Source of the DNA: Escherichia phage OES_C-1
Strand: one strand, 5' to 3'
Sequence record: PQ553088
DNA length: 64,000 bases
In this document: positions 59,317 to 64,000 of the stretch, in pieces
Numbering within the stretch: position 1 is the first letter of the stretch
Layout of the letters: each line of letters starts with the position of its first letter
The notes under the pieces: generated by a model
Seen by the model: the letters and a program-made list of their open reading frames with translations, nothing else
Database searches by the model: none
What the model was told of the DNA's origin: nothing
Translations under genes and position numbers: made by a program

Positions 59317-60330
59317 TCATTTATAATAACTTCGGTGGTTTTCAAGATACACCTTCTCAAGAAAGTCATCCCAGAAACCCATGTCTACTTTTTGCTGCAT
59401 ACCGTTCTTAGAAGCTTCAATGGATGCTGCTTCTACTTGATCGACCACATCTTCCAAAAACTCTTGAACAGTTTTAAATGGATGCTTACCCAGCTTCACG
59501 TCGAGAATAAATGGAGCATCTTGGAGTGGATAAACCAAGTCACCAGTTTTGTAAATTTCCAATAGTTGAAGTCCACCACGGCAAGCATGACTTAGAGCTT
59601 TCCAATCAATGCCTTCATTCGCTTCAGCTTTACGAGCACGTTCGCCGTATTCAGCATCTAATTTATTCAGTGACTGCTTAAGCTCAATAAGAGAAAGTGT
59701 TGTCTGATATTTACGACCCAACACAGTATAGAACGTTTGTGGGCCTGTTTTCTCATGATTATGGAACACCCATTCACAGAACTCGTTTTCTGGAAGACGA
59801 TGCTTAATATCTTCAACTTTAGTGCGACGTTGCTTAATAGAACCATCTTCTTGGTAATCAACCCACTGGTCAGGGATTTGATTAACTACTTTCAATACAT
59901 CACGTAATGCAGCCAAACGAGAACCCTTGACACCATATTTAGAAGCTTGCTTGCGGACATATCCTAAATAGGATTTCATGTTAGTCGTATAAAAACGAGA
60001 ACGATTGTCTTGAATAAACTTCCATACATCAGGCAAATCAGATTTAACCACTAGCTCAGGTGGAGTGTGAAGCATATCTAATGCTACGGTTTCACCATCT
60101 GCTGCTAATTTAAAGAAATACTTAAGACTGTATAGTTCATGGTCAATATCATCTTTAGTGTTTTTAGATGATGTGTTGTTAGTGTTTTTACTCATATGCT
60201 CTTTAACATTTCCGATAAGAATATCGCGAGCAGGAGGAACAAAGATTTCTTTAAAATCTACATCAGATTCTGGAGTAGAAGTTCCATAAAGATGACTACC
60301 GAAATAGCTTTTCATTACTGTTTTCATCAT
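59317..60330 (-). CDS. Pol-beta superfamily nucleotidyltransferase-like protein (337 aa)
   Basis: N-terminal YFGSHLYGTSTPESDVDF (GS-x9-DxD) followed by DDIDHE; helical C-terminal region. Confidence 0.5.
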   Translation of the reverse strand: MMKTVMKSYFGSHLYGTSTPESDVDFKEIFVPPARDILIGNVKEHMSKNTNNTSSKNTKDDIDHELYSLKYFFKLAADGETVALDMLHTPPELVVKSDLPDVWKFIQDNRSRFYTTNMKSYLGYVRKQASKYGVKGSRLAALRDVLKVVNQIPDQWVDYQEDGSIKQRRTKVEDIKHRLPENEFCEWVFHNHEKTGPQTFYTVLGRKYQTTLSLIELKQSLNKLDAEYGERARKAEANEGIDWKALSHACRGGLQLLEIYKTGDLVYPLQDAPFILDVKLGKHPFKTVQEFLEDVVDQVEAASIEASKNGMQQKVDMGFWDDFLEKVYLENHRSYYK

Positions 60331-60788
60331 TCAGCCTTATATTCAATAACAGGACATACTTTAGCTTTACGGGCTTTTAAAAATTCGACGATAATAGATT
60401 TCTTGGGCTGAATAGGAGGTAAACCTTTATACGCCCTATCAATATTTTCTACATGTAAAGTATAATCCTTTTTCCATTTATAATCTTTATATTTTTCATG
60501 TAGTTGTGCAGGAATAACAAATGAACCAATAATAAGTAAAACAAGCAAAATAGCAAGTATAAATGCTGATGGAATAAGAGTCCATAAACTACCAAAAATA
60601 AGCCATTTCTGTATGATTTCTGCACAGATAATAGTTAGACCTGCGAGTATAGTACATCCGAAAAAAGAAACGAAAAATGTAGGGATAACAATAGACCAAA
60701 AGTATGCACACAGTGTCTTAGGTCGTTTCCATTCGTCGTTAAACAGTTTGAATAATTTATAGTGCCAAGAGTTTTCATTAATAATCAT
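60327..60788 (-). CDS. membrane protein (153 aa, ~3 predicted TM helices), translationally coupled to the nucleotidyltransferase gene
   Basis: Hydrophobic segments IVIPTFFVSFFGCTILAGLTIICA and LIPSAFILAILLVLLIIGSFVIP; 4-nt overlap. Confidence 0.5.
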   Translation of the reverse strand: MIINENSWHYKLFKLFNDEWKRPKTLCAYFWSIVIPTFFVSFFGCTILAGLTIICAEIIQKWLIFGSLWTLIPSAFILAILLVLLIIGSFVIPAQLHEKYKDYKWKKDYTLHVENIDRAYKGLPPIQPKKSIIVEFLKARKAKVCPVIEYKAE

Positions 60789-60790
60789 AA

Positions 60791-61312
60791 TTATCCTTTC
60801 ATTGAAGGTGTAACAGTTGTTAAATACTTAATCATAGCTTCAGCTTCTGATTTTGATAATGAAATTTCTTCATTGTTTTGACGAATAGAAATAAAATCCG
60901 GATGACGGTCACCACCAGCTTTTAAAACACACATATAAGTATCAGTTTCATCTTCAATATTTGAAATGATTGAAGCAGTTCCACATGAATGTGGTTTTTG
61001 ATAAATCAATACAGCTTTTCTTCCGCCGTTTGACTGTTCATAAACTTTTAACACATCAAACAAATCACTTCTTTTATCAATAGCTAAGATGTTGTTTTCA
61101 TCTTCAATGTTAAATCCTTCGGATACTTCATAAAGTGTCACCCATAAATCACCTATATCAATAGTAGCATTTTCCTTTCCATGACTTTCAAGAGCGTGAC
61201 AAATTTTCTTGATTTCGTCATAACTCATTTTAATAATATCATCTCCTTGAATAAGGAAGATGTCATTTTTAAATTCAACACGAATTAAACCGCTTCCACT
61301 TGAAATAAACAT
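60791..61312 (-). CDS. hypothetical protein (173 aa); paralog of next ORF
   Basis: C-terminus SKSEAEAMIKYLTTVTPSM vs TKDEAIALKTYLDSVIPTM. Confidence 0.5.
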   Translation of the reverse strand: MFISSGSGLIRVEFKNDIFLIQGDDIIKMSYDEIKKICHALESHGKENATIDIGDLWVTLYEVSEGFNIEDENNILAIDKRSDLFDVLKVYEQSNGGRKAVLIYQKPHSCGTASIISNIEDETDTYMCVLKAGGDRHPDFISIRQNNEEISLSKSEAEAMIKYLTTVTPSMKG

Positions 61313-61318
61313 ATTTCC

Positions 61319-61876
61319 TCACTTTGAAATCATAGTTGGAATGACAGAATCAAGATAAGTCTTTAGCGCAATAGCTTCGTCTTTGGTAAATGTGACAATA
61401 TGTGATCGAAAATCGTCAATTTGACGAATAGTTAAGACATCTCCTTCTTCATAACATTTTGATACATTTAAAACAGTTTCATCATTCTGATTGCAAGCGT
61501 TAGTAATAATAGCATTGCAATTTTTGAGCCATTTTAAACCATGTTTTCTTTCATTAGAATAATAAAAATATTTAATCTTAGCTATAAAATTATCCCAATT
61601 ATTAATTGATAAACACATTGACTCACTTTTAATATTAAATCCTGGGCATGAAGAATAAAAATGAATTTTGTGCTCATCATTGATGCTTACTATTTTATCA
61701 GTATAAGGATATTCAATTTGGGTTAAATGAATGATTTCACTAGGCGTAAAATACAGCATATCGTCTTCTTGCGTCAAACGATACATATTATTTACTTTTT
61801 CTATAGCTAATTCACCAAAAAGCGGACTAACTTCTAATACTAATCGTTTCATATTGATTCTCTTCGACTCACTCAC
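61319..61876 (-). CDS. hypothetical protein (185 aa); paralog of previous ORF
   Basis: Track ORF. Confidence 0.5.
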   Translation of the reverse strand: MSESKRINMKRLVLEVSPLFGELAIEKVNNMYRLTQEDDMLYFTPSEIIHLTQIEYPYTDKIVSINDEHKIHFYSSCPGFNIKSESMCLSINNWDNFIAKIKYFYYSNERKHGLKWLKNCNAIITNACNQNDETVLNVSKCYEEGDVLTIRQIDDFRSHIVTFTKDEAIALKTYLDSVIPTMISK

Positions 61877-62011
61877 AATTACATACTCCTTTGAATAATA
61901 TCAATAATGTTGTTCACCAGATTATAAGTAAACATTGGGTAATTATATTGAATCATCACATACACAACAAACAAAACTTTCATTCTCTTCTCCTTGGCAG
62001 TTGACAAGATT

Positions 62012-62041
62012 ACTATACCATAACCTTGCCAACTTGTAAAC
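62012..62041 (-). promoter_or_regulatory. T4-type early promoter
   Basis: gtaaac 62036-62041, actata 62012-62017. Confidence 0.55.
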
Positions 62042-62044
62042 CGT

Positions 62045-62217
62045 TAAATGACGTTTTCAATAAAATTCTGAAGCTTTGTGTGAGCATCAACCATAATTTT
62101 CATTTCTTCCTTTGCGAAAGCTGTACCTCTTTCACGAGAAGAATACTCATAGTCAGAAACTGCATTAGCATATTCTTCAATTAGCTTCATTAAAAACATC
62201 TGCTTTTCAGTTTTCAT
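62045..62217 (-). CDS. small protein (~57 aa)
   Basis: Hand translation MKTEKQMFLMKLIEEYANAVSDYEYSS... Confidence 0.3.
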
Positions 62218-62401
62218 TATTCCACCTAATCATTTCAAGATATTGAACTAACTTAGCTTTGGATTTATCCAAATCCTTTTTAGCTGCTTCTATACCATCG
62301 TATGAGTATCCTTCACAATGCTCAACTGCTAATTGATATGAATCTATTTCAACATCACGTACTAATTTAATGATTTTTTCAAACTGTTCGTGTGTCAGCA
62401 T
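62207..62401 (-). CDS. hypothetical protein (64 aa)
   Basis: Track ORF. Confidence 0.4.
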   Translation of the reverse strand: MLTHEQFEKIIKLVRDVEIDSYQLAVEHCEGYSYDGIEAAKKDLDKSKAKLVQYLEMIRWNNEN

Positions 62402-62403
62402 AC

Positions 62404-62622
62404 TTAAACTCTCGTATTATGATCGATAATTTCATCAAGAAACATATCTAAAGCTTCTACAGCATTATCAACTTTAGCTTCAAATTCTTCAATACCTGAT
62501 AAGGCAAAGTTAATGCGTTCCTCATCTGCTTTGCGAATTAAAGCTACCAATTCTTTAATTTTATCTGCTTGTTCAATGCTAGTCATTATTCCACCACATA
62601 TGAAAGAGAGAATATTGCACAC
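62404..62622 (-). CDS. hypothetical protein (72 aa)
   Basis: Track ORF. Confidence 0.4.
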   Translation of the reverse strand: MCNILSFICGGIMTSIEQADKIKELVALIRKADEERINFALSGIEEFEAKVDNAVEALDMFLDEIIDHNTRV

Positions 62623-62819
62623 GCCATATGAGTTGCAGCTTCATCACACATATCATAACGTTTCTTAAGAAGTTCTACAAGTTCTTCACTAGTAACTTCA
62701 TCCATGTCGACGAAAAAATCACCATTAATGATGACGTAGATATTTCCTTCTTGATTGAGTGCTTCAATTTTCATGATGTTCTCCTCTTTATCCGATGGTT
62801 GTATAGTATCACAGCTCAA
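62586..62819 (-). CDS. hypothetical acidic protein (77 aa)
   Basis: Track ORF downstream of promoter. Confidence 0.4.
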   Translation of the reverse strand: MSCDTIQPSDKEENIMKIEALNQEGNIYVIINGDFFVDMDEVTSEELVELLKKRYDMCDEAATHMACAIFSLSYVVE

Positions 62820-62832
62820 ATTGAAAGTAAAC
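62803..62832 (-). promoter_or_regulatory. T4-type early promoter
   Basis: gtaaac 62827-62832, atagta 62803-62808. Confidence 0.55.
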
Positions 62833-62847
62833 TGGTAAAATGAAAAA

Positions 62848-62865
62848 AGTCTCCCGAAGGAGACT
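62848..62865 (-). terminator. UUCG-tetraloop hairpin
   Basis: agtctcccgaaggagact. Confidence 0.55.
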
Positions 62866-62869
62866 AATG

Positions 62870-63256
62870 TTATTCGAGGGAAAGAAGATACTTACTTTGA
62901 TAAAACATTCCAGTAATATCATCTATCGTGCTTTGAATGGCTGGAGGCATTTCTTTATAAATGCTGTTAGATTGGTCTAGTATGCGATCAATCATTTTAA
63001 TTGTGTCGGTAGGAAGTTTACTGGCATCTGGAATAGAAGGCGTGTATTTTCTACCAGAATACCCCAAATATTGCTCACCAAATTTATCAATCAAATCTGG
63101 CAACTCAGAGAAAATAAAATCGTATGCTTTGTGTCTAGCATAACTTTTAGTTTCAAAATGCGCAGAATGAAAATAAGCTTGTGCAGCCATTAATAAACCT
63201 AAGTATTCATCTGCCTTTGAAGGTTTTCCACTTTGTGAAAAGTCGCTGAATTTCAT
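62870..63256 (-). CDS. hypothetical protein (128 aa)
   Basis: Track ORF upstream-adjacent to rI. Confidence 0.5.
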   Translation of the reverse strand: MKFSDFSQSGKPSKADEYLGLLMAAQAYFHSAHFETKSYARHKAYDFIFSELPDLIDKFGEQYLGYSGRKYTPSIPDASKLPTDTIKMIDRILDQSNSIYKEMPPAIQSTIDDITGMFYQSKYLLSLE

Positions 63257-63546
63257 TCAGTCTCCAATTTAATGTTCATAATTCTAGCGTATGATTGTGC
63301 CATCTCCGCGCCTCGCTCTATACATTCAAAATCGGAAGAGCACGGGTCATTTTTATAAGTCGTTCGCATAAAACTATAGAACTGTTCAGATGATTCTACG
63401 CTTTTGTTTTCAAAAAGCATATAAACGTGTCTAATACCAGATTCCATAAATTTATCAAAATGAGGATCGACATTCGCTTCAATTGGTGGAGATAAAGCAA
63501 ACGCTAATCCTAGCATGGCAAATAGTGCCGTTGCTTTTAAGGCCAT
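63253..63546 (-). CDS. rI: RI lysis inhibition regulator (97 aa, signal-anchor)
   Basis: MALKATALFAMLGLAFALSPPIEANVDPHFDKFMESGIRHVYMLFENKSVESSEQFYSF... matches T4 RI. Confidence 0.9.
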   Translation of the reverse strand: MALKATALFAMLGLAFALSPPIEANVDPHFDKFMESGIRHVYMLFENKSVESSEQFYSFMRTTYKNDPCSSDFECIERGAEMAQSYARIMNIKLETE

Positions 63547-63558
63547 AAAGGCCTCCTA

Positions 63559-63771
63559 TCATTTTTGTCCTGTATTTACTTTATGCCGATGCACGGCCTT
63601 AACTTTATCAAGGTATTTTTCAAAATTTCGCAATCTAGTATAGTCTGCCGGAGATTGGTTGAGTGATACTTCTCGACGCAAAGCTGAAATGATATTTCCA
63701 ACTTCCCTACGAATTTCATCTAATTGAAGAACAGTAAGATTGCGAAGTTGCTTTTCAGTTAATTGTAGCAT
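63559..63771 (-). CDS. hypothetical protein (70 aa)
   Basis: Track ORF between rI and tk. Confidence 0.5.
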
Positions 63772-63814
63772 ATATACCCCTTTAGTTAGATAAACCTATT
63801 TATAACTTTTGCAC

Positions 63815-64000
63815 TAACCGAGCTTTTTAGTTAATTCATTCCAATGTTTTCTACACAAAGAAACATAAATTTCATCACCAATACAGATTTGATTACCTTC
63901 TTTAACTGGTGTTCCATCTTCCATTAATCGAGCTGTCATAATAGCTTTTTTACCACAATGACAAACTGCCTTTAGTTCAATAAGTTTATCTGCAATCGCC
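63815..64000 (-). CDS. tk: thymidine kinase, C-terminal ~61 aa (5' end beyond window end)
   Basis: Hand translation ...[61 protein letters not shown]. Confidence 0.85.

Overview
This window is a T4-like (T-even, Tequatrovirus-type) phage early region. Almost every gene is on the minus strand, so gene order runs from high to low coordinates. From left to right it contains: topoisomerase gene 52 (partial), ac, stp, ndd, denB, rIIB, rIIA, a single fused topoisomerase gene 39(+60), the motB/dexA/dda/srd/modA/modB block, soc, 56, dam, primase 61, sp and a dmd-position ORF, helicase 41, 40, uvsX, a sugar-transferase slot, 42, imm, DNA polymerase 43, regA/62/44/45, rpbA, 46/47, a-gt, 55, nrdH/nrdG/nrdD, 49, pin, nrdC, a long block of uncharacterised ORFs, rI and the 3' end of tk. 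Gene names come from reading the translations and comparing with T4 proteins from memory; no database search was run. CDS coordinates include the stop codon, and the ORF track appears to allow TTG/GTG starts, so several starts were moved to an internal ATG with a Shine-Dalgarno sequence. Non-coding structure is dense: 18 minus-strand early promoters with identical geometry (GTTTAC, 18-nt spacer, TAnnAT-like -10) and 14 hairpins of the GGGCUUCGGCCC type at gene 3' ends. Candidate novel or accessory content, all unverified: (1) a PD-(D/E)xK nuclease-like ORF translationally coupled to dam; (2) a Pol-beta-type nucleotidyltransferase coupled to a membrane protein; (3) a GT-A (DxD) glycosyltransferase where T4 has beta-gt, followed by a GIY-YIG homing endonuclease; (4) four tandem diverged paralogs with coiled-coil C-termini; (5) a second homing endonuclease between 49 and an intron-less nrdD; (6) a repeated promoter/leader/stem-loop cassette at five loci; (7) a duplicated pin 3' module.
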